Source: Callorhinchus milii
Taxonomy: Eukaryota
NCBI RefSeq assembly: GCF_018977255.1
Contig: NW_024704742.1
Location: 65,970,001-66,034,000 of the forward strand
DNA length: 64,000 nt
Direction: 5' to 3'
Shown here one piece after another: positions 51,193 through 63,865 of this stretch (position 1 is the first letter of the stretch; every line of letters begins with the position of its first letter). The position numbers and the translations under genes are program-made. The notes beneath the pieces were generated by a model. It saw nothing but the letters and a program-made list of their open reading frames with translations, did not search any database and had not been told where the DNA came from.

Positions 51193-51761
51193 AACAACAA
51201 CAACAACAAGATTCCATTTATAGAGCGCCTTTCACGTCGGGAGGACGTCCCGCAAACGAGGGGACCCGGGTTTGATTCCCGTGTATGGCGAGACTTTAGG
51301 CAAGTTTCCTTACTCCACGCGCCTCTGTTCACCTAGCAGAACAACAACGACAACAACAACAAGATTCCACATCGGGAGGACGTCCCAAGGCGCTGTACAG
51401 TTGGGTCAGGACCCGAGCAGGGGGGACATGGTCAGGGTGAGGGGAGGGAAGGGAGGGAGTGAGGAGGGGGTAGAGAGTCGAGAGGGGAGCTGAAGGCACG
51501 GTCAAAGAGAAAGGTCTTGAGACCGGCCTTGAAGGAGGAAAGGGAGGAGGCGGCGAAGGCACTGGGGGATGGAGTTCCAGAGCCTCGGGGCTGAGAGGCT
51601 GAAGGCCCGGCCACCGATGGTAGGGCGGTTGGGACGGGGGATGTGGAGCAGACCGGAGCCAGAGGAACGGAGGGTACGGGCAGGTAGGTAGGGGGATAGT
51701 AGGTCAGAGAGGTAGGAGTCGTGTATGGTCTTGTAGGTGAGGATGAGGATCTTGAATTCGA
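51193..51761 (-). mobile_element. Composite L2 tail + SINE head + L2, duplicating 48826-49365
   Basis: Same SINE/L2 junction (cctagcagaacaac) and same end point cttgaattcga. Confidence 0.85.
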
Positions 51762-52299
51762 CATCGAGCTGGGGGGAGGGAGGAGGTGATGGTAAGCACA
51801 GTTAAGAGGAAGGTCTTCAGTCATGATTTAAAATAGGGAAAGGAGGGGGAAACTGCCAGTATTACAGCAACCACAACAACTTGCATTTATCTAGCACCCT
51901 TCACGCAGGATAGCGTCTCGGAGAATATTTGAGATGTTCTCCTAATATGAAAGGTGCCATGTTAAATGTAAATTGTTTGGTTGGATTTACATGTAGAAGA
52001 ACTGACAGAAAGGGAGTGGAAACTCAAGCAGTATGGGAGATGGGGGGTGATAGGCGAGAGATAGCTGGAAGGTGGAAGTTTAATTTAAAATTAAACTTGT
52101 ATTTAAAATAGAATGTTGAGCAGGCGGCTGCTGGATATGGCCTTGTGTCTGCGCTGTGAAAATCGCTCGTGTGATGCCTGTAATATCTCATCACAAATTA
52201 ACAGCAGGTTTGCTCCTGATGGACCTGCGATGCTGCTATCATTGCCAATTATCTGCACCATGCCTACCTCGCCACCCGGACAGCTGTAGTCTGAGCGAT

Positions 52300-53350
52300 A
52301 AACAGACCCAAAACTAAATTAAAAAAGTCCGGTAAAGCTCATAGTAAATCCTATAAAAATAGCAGTCATTTTGAAGATGTAATCTAATCTCGGTGCTCAA
52401 GTGACGGTTATAAACGGTTCGGAGATTCACTCCCACGGTTTTCGATGTCAAATCGAACTGTGAGGTCAGGTTGCTTCTCGCAGGTAGACATGCTAAAATA
52501 ACAATCCTTGCATTGCACATTGCATCGAGCCATCTCAAAACGCTTCACAGGATTTTATTATAAAATTTAGTGACTGTATAAATTGTAGGCAAGTACGGAA
52601 GCCAATTTTGCACATAGCAATGTCCTATTGCCCGCCATCAAGTGAATAACCAATTTGTTTCTATGGGATTGTTGGCCAAGACCCAAGAGAGACACTTTGT
52701 TCCCTTTTTAATCAGTGCCACGAAATCTTTTAACATTCAATTGAACAGGTATGCGGGACCTAGGCTTAACATCCAATCGAAAGGACGGCACCACCAACAC
52801 CACAGCAACAACAATAACAATGACTTGCATTTGTATAGCACCCTTTTGCCCACAGCAGTGTCACAAAGTGAGTGATCAGTTTTATTTCAGGGGTTGTTGT
52901 CCAGAACACGGAGAGAAATTCCCTTCTCTTTTCAAATAGTGCTGTGGGATCTTTAACGTCCATCTAAAACAGACACATGGGACCTCAATTAACATTTCAA
53001 ACCTTTCTCTGCTCAGTTTATTGAAGATTATTGGCTGGGGATGGTTGGTGGGGGGGAGTTGGTGGAGGTGGGGCTGGTGGGGGGAGTTTGGTGGTGGGAG
53101 TTAGGGGGGGTTTGTTGGGGGAAGGTGATAGGGAGTCTTTCACTTGCATCGTGCAGAATATTTACCTGAGAACTATGTCTGAAAACTCAACCTGACTCAG
53201 GATTGGATTTGACACTGAAAACCGTGGGAGTAATTCTTCAAACCGTTTATAACCGCTACTTGAGCACTGAGATTAGATTTCAGTTTTGCTATTTTTATAG
53301 CATTCACTGTGAGCTTTGTGGGGTGGTTTTATTTAGTTTGGGGTCTGTTT
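52300..53350. repeat. Diverged ~190-bp inverted repeat pair (52300-52488 / 53161-53350) with SINE-filled spacer
   Basis: aacagacccaaaactaaat..ctataaaaatagca..ttataaacggtt..ctcccacggttttc mirrored at 53161-53350. Confidence 0.8.
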
Positions 53351-55479
53351 TGTCATGTGCTGCACCTGCCAGCTGGGGGGATGGGGATGGTGGTCCGGGA
53401 TGGTCATCACAGAAGTGCCAGAGACGGGCAGCATTCCATGAAAACCATAGGAGTTGGACTTTAATGGCACACTGTCCTGTAGCTCTGTCTCTTTTCCCTT
53501 CCACTTTCCGTAGAGACATGTTCATTGCTCCTCATTGGCAACTCAAGGTGTGGATTTGGCACAGTTTAATCCCCAACCAACTACTCACTGCCTCCATTCG
53601 ACTGGCTCCAGTCTCCTGCTTGTCCCTCGTGTCCTCCGTTCCAGCATCAATAGCCCGCTTTCAGCCATTATGTCCTGAAACTCTGGAATAAACACTCTTC
53701 CTCAATCTCTCTGCCTTGCCCCTCCTTCCCCATCTTCAGGTCGCACCTGAAGACCTTCCTCTTCAACCATGCTTACAGTCACCTCACCCTCCCCGCCCCC
53801 CCCCCCCCCCGCTCGGTGTCTTGCTCTGCCATTGTTAAGCACTCTGAGATGCTGCTGGTGTGAAGGCTGCTATATAAGTGCAAGTTGTTATCGTGATTTG
53901 GCAAGCCTCTATTTCTCAAAGGGTTAATGTTGTGATAATTTCATAGGTTTCTTTAATTCTGCCATCAAATATTTTGTGGCAAAAAGGACCTCAATACAAG
54001 TTCTGGAGATATGTAAACTTCCTGCATTTTAACAGCTTCCAAAAGGATCCTTATTCCTGAGAGGCTTAATTATGAAAGCTGAGGTTTATTTGAAAGCGGA
54101 TGATTTAGGTAGAAATTGAATCAGCCCCATTAAGCAATTCCCAGTGACATTGATGAGATCAATGGAAATCAATGTGCATCTCAGGAAGCTCCTCTATACA
54201 GGGTGTTCCGTTAGCACTCAAACATTAGTTGGTATGGCTCTGAAATCCACCTAGTTTTAGCCTAAAAACTGTTGTTTCATTACAATAAAATAATAATACT
54301 TGTAATAATATTCCCTCCCCCAAATAATGTGGTCACTCAATTCATAGCTGTTTGTGGAACATTGCTGTGTGCAATTGGCTGCCGCATTTCAACCACAAAA
54401 TACGCAGCCAATGTACTTTTCAATATATTCTGTGAAGCGGTTTGAGACATCTCAAAAAATAATAAGGCACTATATCAAATGCAAGAAACCAAATGAAAAT
54501 GCATTTGGAATTAGCACTTTTCACATTTGTAGGACATCCCAAAGGGAGTCACACTGTAAAGTGTAATTGTGTGAATTTGTGTGGGGGACCCCGGTAGCCA
54601 ATTGCACTACAACAGCCCCGCAAATAGTCATGGGGGATTGTTGACCAGTTTCTCCACAACTCAAGAAACTCCAAAATTGGAGAAACTCCCTTCTTTTTTG
54701 AATAGTGATACGAGATCTTAAAGCATCCACAGGAACAGACAAATGGCTCTTTTGTTTAATGCCTCACATGAAGGATAGCAACTCTGAGAATGCAGCACAC
54801 CACCATCACAGCATTGGAGCGTAAGCTGAGACTGTGTGAGTCCCAATGTGGAGCTTGAACTCTCGATCTTCTTACTCTGAAATTCGACAAAGCCATGGAA
54901 ATCTTCAACATAGTCGGAAGCTATTCGAGCCGTTGTATTAATGCTGGTGACAATAATAATTCTTACACTTGGTCCAGTGCCTTTCACTCTGGGATGATAT
55001 CTCAAAGCGTTTCACAAGGTCCTGTAAAGCCTGGAATTTACAACAGCATCAACAGCTTGCAATTAAAAAGCTCCGGAGTAGGGAAGGGGAAGCAGTAATA
55101 TAATAAAAATAATAATCCTTGCATTTGGTATAGTGGCTTGTCAAATCATTGAGACATCTCAAAGCGCTTCACAGAATATACTGTGTAGTGAATCGACTAT
55201 ATTTTGCGCGCGAAACAAGACAGCCAATTGCGCACAGTAGTGTACCACAAAAAGTCATGGATTGAGTGACCAAATCATTATTTTTTAACTTTTTTTATAC
55301 ACATAGAATGTACTGTAAAATGGATTGACTGTATGTTGTGGGTCAAATACAGTAGGAGAGAGATGGTTGAAGGTGTAGTCAAAGAGAGAGGTGGGATTTG
55401 AAAGCAGGGAGGTTATGAGATGGAGGGATTTAGAGTGCGGGTTCCAGAGGTGGAGGCAAGGTTGCCTGTTAATGGTGGT

Positions 55480-56442
55480 GTGCATATGCAATTTCCACAT
55501 GTATGCAATGACACCCAACTCTATCTCACCGCCTCCACCCTTGATTCCAGGACTGTTGATCAAGTCCTGGATTACCTCCAGCTCAATGTTGGCAAGACAG
55601 AGGCCCTCCTGCTTGGCTCCCGGCAGCGCCGCCTCACCTCAACCTCTAACACTATCACATTCATGGCTGCACTCTTCATCTCACCAAGCCAACCTGAAAC
55701 CTCGGGGCCCTTTTCAACCCTCAGCTATCCTTCAAACCCCACATTTGTGCCGTGACCCTTTCCACCTTTCCACACCTCCACAATATTGCCTACCACCCCC
55801 ACTGCCTCTCACCGCAGGCCGCCGAGACCCTGGTCGAGGCTTTCATTACATCCCGGCTTGACTATGCCAATTGCCTGCTCACTGGACTTCACAACTCTTC
55901 CCTCCACAAGCTGCAGATTATTCAGAACTTTGCAGCTCATGTCCTCTCCAGGCACCTATGACCCCCATTCTTGCCCGGCTTCACTAACTCCCCATCCCTC
56001 AGAGAATCGAGTACAAAACCCTTGTCCTGACCTTCAAAACCCTCCACGGTCTTGTTTCCCCCTATCTTTCTGACCTCATAACCCCATATCAGCCTGTCCA
56101 TTCTCTCTGCTCGGTGGACACTGACCTGCTTCAGGTCCCCCGCACTCACTGCCTCCATTCAGGCACCCACCATTGGTGGTGGGGCATTCAGCATCTCTGC
56201 CTCCACACTCTGGAACTCTATCCCACAATCCCGCTGCCTCACCCCCACCTTCAAGTCCCGTCTGAAGACCTTCCTCTTCGATTGTGCCTTCAGCCACCCT
56301 CCCAACCCCAACCGCCACCCCGCCCTCCTCCTCCTCCCATCCTGACTCCAACTCCCAGCTCGGGTTCAAAACCCCTGATTGTCCAATGCTCTGGGATGTC
56401 TTTCTGACGAAGGACACTATACAAGTATAATTTGTTGTTGTT
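55480..56442 (+). mobile_element. L2 LINE 3' ~1 kb
   Basis: DTQLYL..LQLNVGKTEALLLGS..AFITSRLDYANCLL..LQIIQN. Confidence 0.9.
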
Positions 56443-58339
56443 CTGTGTGTGTGTTTTGGGAGGGGTAGGGGGTGTGGGGCAGTGCTGAATTAGCAGAACA
56501 GAGGAGAGTAAGCAATAAGTAGGACTGCAGCAGATCACAGAGGTCGGGTGGGGTAGGGTGTGGAGACTTCTGCTGAAAGCTGGCTCCCATGTTAACGACT
56601 GAAGTTAAGAAATTGTCAAAATTCTGTACAGATCTGAATAGTTTAAGGCAATGGCCTTAAGGCTGAAACCAATCGAAATGTCGAATCTGAGCTCAGTTGT
56701 CACCCACACCACCTCTCTCCTCCCCTGGCTGAGGACACAGAAGCATGACTTTATATCCATATTTAACAATCTGGAATGGACTTTAATTACTGCCAGGATT
56801 CCTGTACAGTAGTCAGGCGCTGGAGCCTTCACAGTTATGTGCTCACATGGACTCTGGCTTCTGACAGCCCGTTTATCACTCGAGCTCATGTTATTGGCAG
56901 CGATGCCGTGTTATGCCGTTCGCTGTTAACACCTCCAGAAGTAACTGAGGAATGAAGGCAGCTTCACCCCGGCTCCGGGGAGGAATGTCCGCCCTGTCAT
57001 TGCTGGCTCTGACAAGCCAGGGAGCAGATGGGTCTCACTAAGTGCTGTGCGGCACTTCACCTACTAACCTGAGGTCAAGAGTCACAAGCACACCCCAAGT
57101 CAATCATTAACTGACAACCGAGGCCACAACCAAAGCTCTTTATTCAAATGTTTTTTTCTCTGTCTTAAAAAGGAGAGAGGATTTTAACCCTTCAAAAAGG
57201 CCTGGTTTTAAACTTGTTTAAAACCTGTTATCCCACTTTTCTGCCACCCTGTTACACCAACACTAGCCTCTCTCATGCCCACTTCATCCCACCATCAGTG
57301 AAATGGCTTTCAGACACTTTGCCTCCATGCACCTGAACTAAATCCCTTCCTTTCTGCTTTCAAAACCTACCTAATATTCTATCTGTTTGACTGCACTTTT
57401 GACTCCTACTACCCCCTCCCCCATTGACTTCCCACCCTGTTTAAGCTACCAGTGGAAAAATGGTGGACAAATACCCATTATTTTGGACTTTTATTTTCCC
57501 GGCCTTTTGTTTTCCAAAATTTGGTCAGAGGTTTTGAGAATTTTCTTGATTGAGAAAAAGCCTGAAAGCAAAATGCCATCCGTGAACAGCAGCAACAACA
57601 ACTTGCATTTATACAGTGCCCCTCACACAGAGTAGCTTCCCAGAGCGCTTGACAGTGGCAGAGCACGACAACGAGCCCAGGGGGAGGTGACAGTAGGCAT
57701 GGACAAAGAAAAAGGTCTTCAAGCGCGACCTAAAGATGGGGAAGCATGGGGCTAGGTGGAGAGATAGTGGGAGAGTGTTCCAGAGTTTGGACTGAAAATG
57801 CGGCTACTGATGGTGGAACTGAGGGCACGAGGGACACGCAGGACGCCAGAGCCAAAACAGAAAATGTGATCACAAAACACAAACCACTATTAGTGCAGTG
57901 ACTTGCGGTTTGCAAATGTCACACTTTCAACCCCAGATCCCACTTGAAAATGTTTAAACCTCGTCCATCTTACAGAATGCCCAGGTGTCGGGAAGAAATG
58001 GGAGATAATGTATTATGTAAAAGCAGAGTTCAAGAGGACTCTTGAAACTGGCAGGGGTTCCCCAGCCATCTGTCAGATGTTTGCAATAGAGACTGCTGGT
58101 TTGAGATTGTGCTCTGTGTTGTCAGCAGACACTGACTGTGAAGCCAAAGTTCCTATGCAGGTCATCATCCCCAACCCCAGTTTAGCACAAGTAGTTCACT
58201 CCTGGGAGATGGGTCAAAAGAAGGGCAGAAAACCACCTCTTTATTGGCTGACTGCCTTGTCCGGACAGAAGAGCGGTGGCATGTACACACTACCTGTGAA
58301 GGTTCAGTGCCTGCTGTCAACGACTATCGATATTAATCA

Positions 58340-58605
58340 ACAACAAATTGCATTTATATAGGGCTTTTTACGTCGGGAGGTCATCCCAAGCTGCTGGACA
58401 ATGAAGAGTTTACACCCAAGCTTCAGGTTGGGATCTGGGAGGGGTGGAGGGTAAAGGGGATGGAGGAGGGAAGGCATGATCGAAAAGGAAGGACTTGTGG
58501 TGGACCTTGAAGGAGGCAGGGAGGGGGCGAGGTGGAGGGGCTCCAGGATGGAGTTTCATAGGGTGGGGACAGAGAGACTGAAGGCCTGAACACCAATAGT
58601 GGAAT
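58340..58605 (-). mobile_element. L2 LINE 3' end
   Basis: caacaaattgcatttatatagggctttttacgtcgggagg tail and gaccttgaaggaggc. Confidence 0.75.
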
Positions 58606-58674
58606 AATCGTCACATTCAATGCAGTGCCATGTAATGTTAAGCTGTAAATTGAGATCATGAGATCTTCATCTGA

Positions 58675-58686
58675 AACAACCTTGTG

Positions 58687-58729
<43 letters not shown>

Positions 58730-58743
58730 AACAACCTTGTGAT
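58675..58743. repeat. (AAT)n(ATT)n palindrome flanked by a 14-bp direct repeat
   Basis: AACAACCTTGTGAT at 58675-58688 and 58730-58743; perfect 40-bp palindrome at 58687-58726. Confidence 0.9.
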
Positions 58744-59137
58744 GTTAGCAGGCTGTTTGTACCTTCTGGGCTTCTCATACACTGAAAAGGGGAGGGGGGG
58801 GGGGAAGGAACCGTGTGATCCCATCACTGTTCCACGATACAGGTCTGGACCTGGAGGCTTCTAAATGTCTTGAATATTCTGCACCCTGTCCTGCTGTGTG
58901 TTGTGCATTGTGTCATTTTGTTCTGTAAATGTAATTTTATTTAATTCCTCAGTAACAGATTTGACAGCATCACAGCTGATGTATTTTCTGCGGTGGAAAA
59001 AGAAAAAGTCAAGGTTATAAAACAATATCATTTGTTTGACTCTTAAAATAAATATAGATCAAAAGGATTCCTGATTAAAGTCTACAGATTGTTAGGATAA
59101 GGCATCAGGGAATAAACCTTAGGGCTTTATAGTTATC

Positions 59138-59985
59138 GACCGAGGCCCTCCTGATTGGCTTGTACCAGCACCTCCACACCTCAGGCACCGGCAGCATCAG
59201 CATCCAAGGATACACGCTCCACCTCACCAAGCCAGTCAGGAACCTAGGTATCTTGTTAGACCCTCAACTATCCTTTCTACCCCACATCTGTGCCATGACT
59301 CGCTCTGTCTTCCCCCACCTCTGCAACATTGCCTAACTCTGTCATGGCCTCACCCCTCAGGCTGTCGAAACCTTCATACATCCCTTCACTAAAACCAGAC
59401 TTGACTATGTGAACACCAAGTCGGCCTTCCCAACTCTTCCCTCCACAAGCTGCAGATCCAGAACTCTGCAGCTTGTGTCCTCTCCCGCACCAGGCTCCGT
59501 GACCCCATCACGCCCACCCTCACCCGGCTCCACTGGCTCCCCATCTCTCAGATGATCAAGTTCAAAATTCTTGTCCTCACCTTCAAGGCCCTCCATGGCC
59601 TTGCCACCTCCTACCTCTCCGACCTGCTCACCCCTTATCACCCTGTCCGCTCCCTCCGCTCAGCAGGCTCTGGCTTGCTCCATGTCCCCCATCCGACCCA
59701 CCTCACCATCAGCGGATGGGCCTTCAGCCTCTCTGCTCCCACCCTCTGGAACTCCATCCCACATTCCCTTCGCCTCACTCCCTCCCTTGCCTCCTTCAAG
59801 GAATGCCTCAAGAGCCTCTTATTTGACCGTATCTTAGGCCACATTCCTATCCTCTCTGCCCTCCACCCTCCCTAATCTCATATCACCCCCCTCCCCCCGC
59901 TCGGGTCCTAATCCCTGACTGTCCAGCGCCTTGGGACGTCTTCCCGACATGAAAGGCACTGTACAAATATAATTTTGTATTGTAT
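59138..59985 (+). mobile_element. L2 LINE 3' fragment
   Basis: IKFKILVLTFKALHGLATSYLSDLL..LRSAGSGLLHVP..AFSLSAPTLWNSIP. Confidence 0.9.
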
Positions 59986-60479
59986 CGTGCAAGCCCCTAG
60001 ATAAGAGAACTAAAATCAGTCCAGGATATCTGATAGTTCTTTATTTATAATTCACAGCTGGTGGAGGGATGTATTCAGCTTTGCTGATGTAGTAATAATA
60101 ATATTCCTTGCATTTGATATAGAGCCTTATCACGTCGTTCAGATGTCTCAAACGCTTCACAGGATTTACTGTAAAGTGTATTTGACTGTGTGTATTGTGG
60201 GCGAGATGCCAAAGTTCCTGTTAATGTAGAAGCAGATTTCTTCACTGAGTGCTGTGTGGTTGACAAGTGAAGGCACTTGTGTTTGTGAATCTGTGTGTGT
60301 GTATGTGTGTGCGTCGTGTATGTAAGTGTCTCTGAGTGACTTTGTGTGTGACTGTGTGTGAGAGACTGTGTTTGTGTGAGTGTGTGTATGCATGAGTGTC
60401 TGTGTTTCTGATTGTGAGTGTCTTTGTTGTGTGAATGTGTGTGAGTGAGTATGGGTGTGGTGATGTTCAACTGTAGAAA

Positions 60480-61216
60480 GTTAGCTGGATGAGAGCTAAC
60501 TTTCTACAGCTGAACATCAACAAAGTTCTCCTGATTGGCTCCTGTCAGCGCCTCCGCACCTCAGGTGCTGACTGTATCACCATCCATGGATGCACACTCC
60601 ACCTTACCTGAGCCAGTCTTCATATCGAGGCTTGACTATGCAAACTCCTTGTTTGTCGGCCTCCCCAACTCCTCCCTCCATAGGCTGCAGATCATCCAGA
60701 ACTCTGCAGCCCGTGTCCTCTCCCGCACCAGGCTCCGTGACCCCATCACCACCATCCACGCCCGATTCCACTGGCTTTCCATCACACAGAGAATACAGTT
60801 CAAAATACTGGACCTCACCTTCAAATCCCTCCATGGTCTTGCTCCCCTTACCTCTGCGACCTCCTAAACCCCTACCAACCTGCCCACTCTTTTTGCTCAG
60901 CGGGCTCCTACCTGCTTTACATCCCCCGCCTTGCCCGCCCCACCATTGGCGGGCAAGCCTTCAGCCACTCTGCCACTACCCTCTGGAACTCCATCCCGCA
61001 GTCCCTCCACCTCGCCCCGTCGCTTGCCCACTTCAAGACCCATCTCAAGACCCTCCTCTTCGACCATGCCTTCGATCACCCTCCTTCCCCACTTACCCTC
61101 CACCCTCCTGGATCCCGACCCCCAGCTCGGGTCCGAAACACTGATTGTCCAGTGCCTTGGGACATCCTCCCAATGTGAAAGGCTCTGTACAAATGTCATT
61201 TTGTTGTTGTTGTTGC
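60480..61216 (+). mobile_element. L2 LINE 3' fragment with internal deletion
   Basis: ISRLDYANSLFVGLPNSSLHRLQIIQNSAARVL..HWL..IQFKIL. Confidence 0.9.
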
Positions 61217-61657
61217 AACTGTGTTTGAGTGCGTGTGATCCGTGGTTCACATACGTTTATCAGTCCTACAAATGTCAGGTGTCACAAGGGGACCCCAACA
61301 CACACTCTGGTGTCCCCAAGTCTTGGCTCTTGCCAAACTGCACCTAACACTCTCCAGAGTTAGGTAAGCAGGATGCTTTCTCTCCAGGGAGAGAGTGCAC
61401 ATTCCATCCCGCATCACAACTCACTACACCACACCACATCTCACCACAGCACAGCGCAACTTCATCATGTCTCACATCCTTATACCCAGGGATGGATTAA
61501 CCCTTTGTGGGCCTGTCGCAAAAAGATTTGTGGATCTTCATTTTCATGTGCTCTATTTATAAGTATGGGCCCGATGGTGGACTGCTGCTCAAGAGGACTC
61601 ATGATTGTGAGGCAAAATAGGGGCTCTAGGTCGTGAGGGGCTCTCGTCAGCGAATCA

Positions 61658-62040
61658 CAACAACAACAAATTACATTTGCATGGCACCCTCATATCGGGA
61701 GGATGTCCCGAGGCATTGGACAGTCAGGGATTTGGACCCGAGCTGAGGGTTGGGATCAGGGAGGGTGGAGAGCAGGGAGGGTAGGAGGGTTGCCGAAGGC
61801 GCAGTCAAGGAGGAGGGTCTTGAGACGTGCTTTGAGGGAGGCAAGGGAGGGAGCAAGACGAAGGGACTGTGGAATGGAGTTCTAGAGGATAGGGGCAGAA
61901 ACGCTGAAGGCCCAACCGCCGATGGGGGGTTTGGTGGGGCAGGGGACTTGGAGCAGGCCAGAGGGAACGGACAGGTTGATACGGGGTTAGCAGGTCACAG
62001 AGGTACAAAGGAGCAAGGGCGTGGTGTGCTTTGAAGGCAA
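61658..62040 (-). mobile_element. L2 LINE 3' end
   Basis: caacaacaaattacatttg tail and body. Confidence 0.8.
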
Positions 62041-62217
62041 ATCATAGAGGAGCTCGGCAGTCAATCACAGGAACGATTCACCCACAAAACACGCAGTCAA
62101 TCCACTTTATAGTATATTCTGTGAAACGCTTTGAGATGTCTCGATAAAATGATTAAGGCGCTATATCAAATGCAAGAATTATTATTATTGAAACCGAAAC
62201 ACTTCTCACTCGCTCAC

Positions 62218-62251
62218 TCCCTCAAGCCAGGGTTTCGTATCATGGACGAAC
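62218..62251 (-). other. Candidate 34-nt exon
   Basis: cattgtctcctcttttcag|GTTCGTCCATGATACGAAACCCTGGCTTGAGGGA|gtgagc. Confidence 0.4.
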
Positions 62252-62957
62252 CTGAAAAGAGGAGACAATGTATTTTTTATATATATAATATATTTAAAAA
62301 ATCGGTTTGTATTTGGCTCGATTCAGCGAGAGGCGCCTCGAAGGCCACTAAACGAAATCCAATTTCCCCTGCTTTTTACGCACACTCCTGTGAATGAATG
62401 TTGGAGTTGTTGTACCACACGGGCAGGCTGGAGTGTCTGTGAGTGTGCACTCTGTTTCAGCCGCATTGCCCTCTCCTCGACCTGCACCGGGCTGGTTTTC
62501 AAATAAATAATGCAGAAGCCAGTACACAGCTGGGCAAAACAGCCAGACTGGGAGCCCTCTCAGTAACTGTGGTTGAGAAAACCAGGGGCTCTGTCATACC
62601 TATCTGCTGCAATCTCTCTCATGTTCTACTTGATAAGCTCTCAGGAAAATACAGAATTTCCTGGATTCAGGTTCTTTTTGGATGAAACCCTGTGTTTTTT
62701 GGCTGAGTCCTGGTCATAGTGAGTGATTTGTTTGTGAGATGGACTTATAGATTTCATTGAAATAATCCTAAACCTTGCTTTGATACAGCACCGTGTAAAC
62801 TTTGCACCATTTCCGGAGCGCCTTGCCTCGCAGGAACTGATACCCAGTGTAGTGACTGTGTGTCTGTAGGCAAATGTGGCAGCCAGTTTGCAAGGCTCGA
62901 CAAACAACCATGAAGTAAATGATCAATCATTTCTATTTCTCTTTCTGTGTCTCTTTC

Positions 62958-63215
62958 ACAAGATCACAAGATGGGGTTTGGATGATGAAGGCCCTTTGAC
63001 CCACTGGATCTTTGGAACACCCCCATCTCTGCATCAAGCTGCTTTTAAATGAGTCCTGGCCTCAACCACCCTTCCTGGCAGCCTGTTCCAATCAATATTT
63101 ACCCACTGGGTAAAGAAAATCTTCCTGGTATCTGGCCTGAAAATGCTTTTTACAACACTGTCTATGTCCTCCTGTCCTACTGTCATGATGTATCCTAAAG
63201 TATTGAGCTGTGTTT
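62958..63215 (-). mobile_element. Old CR1 3' end
   Basis: cacaagatcacaagat tail; caaccacccttcctggcagcctgttcca (WNRLP..VVE reversed). Confidence 0.65.
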
Positions 63216-63227
63216 ACTTTTTCAATC

Positions 63228-63628
63228 CCTTTGTCTTTTCTGTGTCTTTTTCTTTTTGCCTTGCTGTTTCTTTTTCATTCTGTGTGTGTGTGTCTCTCCC
63301 TCTCGCTGTGTGTCTCTGTCCAGGCAATCCTATCCGTCTGTCTCTGTATATCTTTGTTTCTGTGCTTGTGTCTCTGTTTCTCTCCATCTCTCTGTCCCTT
63401 ATGCTTCCTTTTGTCTCTGTGTTGCTATCTCTTATGTTTCTGTTGGTCTTTTTCTGTTTCTGTACTTGTGTCTCTACGTTTGTGCCTTTGTTTCTCTCTA
63501 TCTCTATGTCTGTTTCAATGTCTCCTATCTATTTCTCTCCAGCTCTCTCTGTCTGTGTTTCTCTCTGTATCTGTGCTTGTGTCTCTGTCGTTTTGTGTCT
63601 GTCTCTGCCTCTATCTTTCTCTGTGTGA
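63228..63628. repeat. Degenerate (TGTC)/(TC) low-complexity tract
   Basis: Direct inspection. Confidence 0.9.
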
Positions 63629-63865
63629 CAGGTTTGAACCACAGCCCAGATTTACTCTAACAAAAGTATTTTAGAAAACGATTATTTCAAGAAAGTGGGA
63701 GATACACAGAAGGGAACATAACGGTTCAAGTGAATGGAATTTGAATTAAATCAATAGCGGGCAGTGGAGGGGGGAGGATGTGATTGCTACTGAACCATAA
63801 ACTGAAGGAACTAAAAAGAGAAAGGCAGACCCGCGCTGACTATAGCCCATCTCTATGGCACTCAC

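Noticed and set aside
52314..53691. Paralogous peptides in two ORFs as a gene pair
   Set aside because: Similarity is confined to the inverted-repeat arms; both ORFs have non-ATG starts and extend into SINE or L2 sequence
63143..63674. Hydrophobic multi-TM-looking ORFs (also 7648-8123)
   Set aside because: TG/TC low-complexity sequence open in all frames
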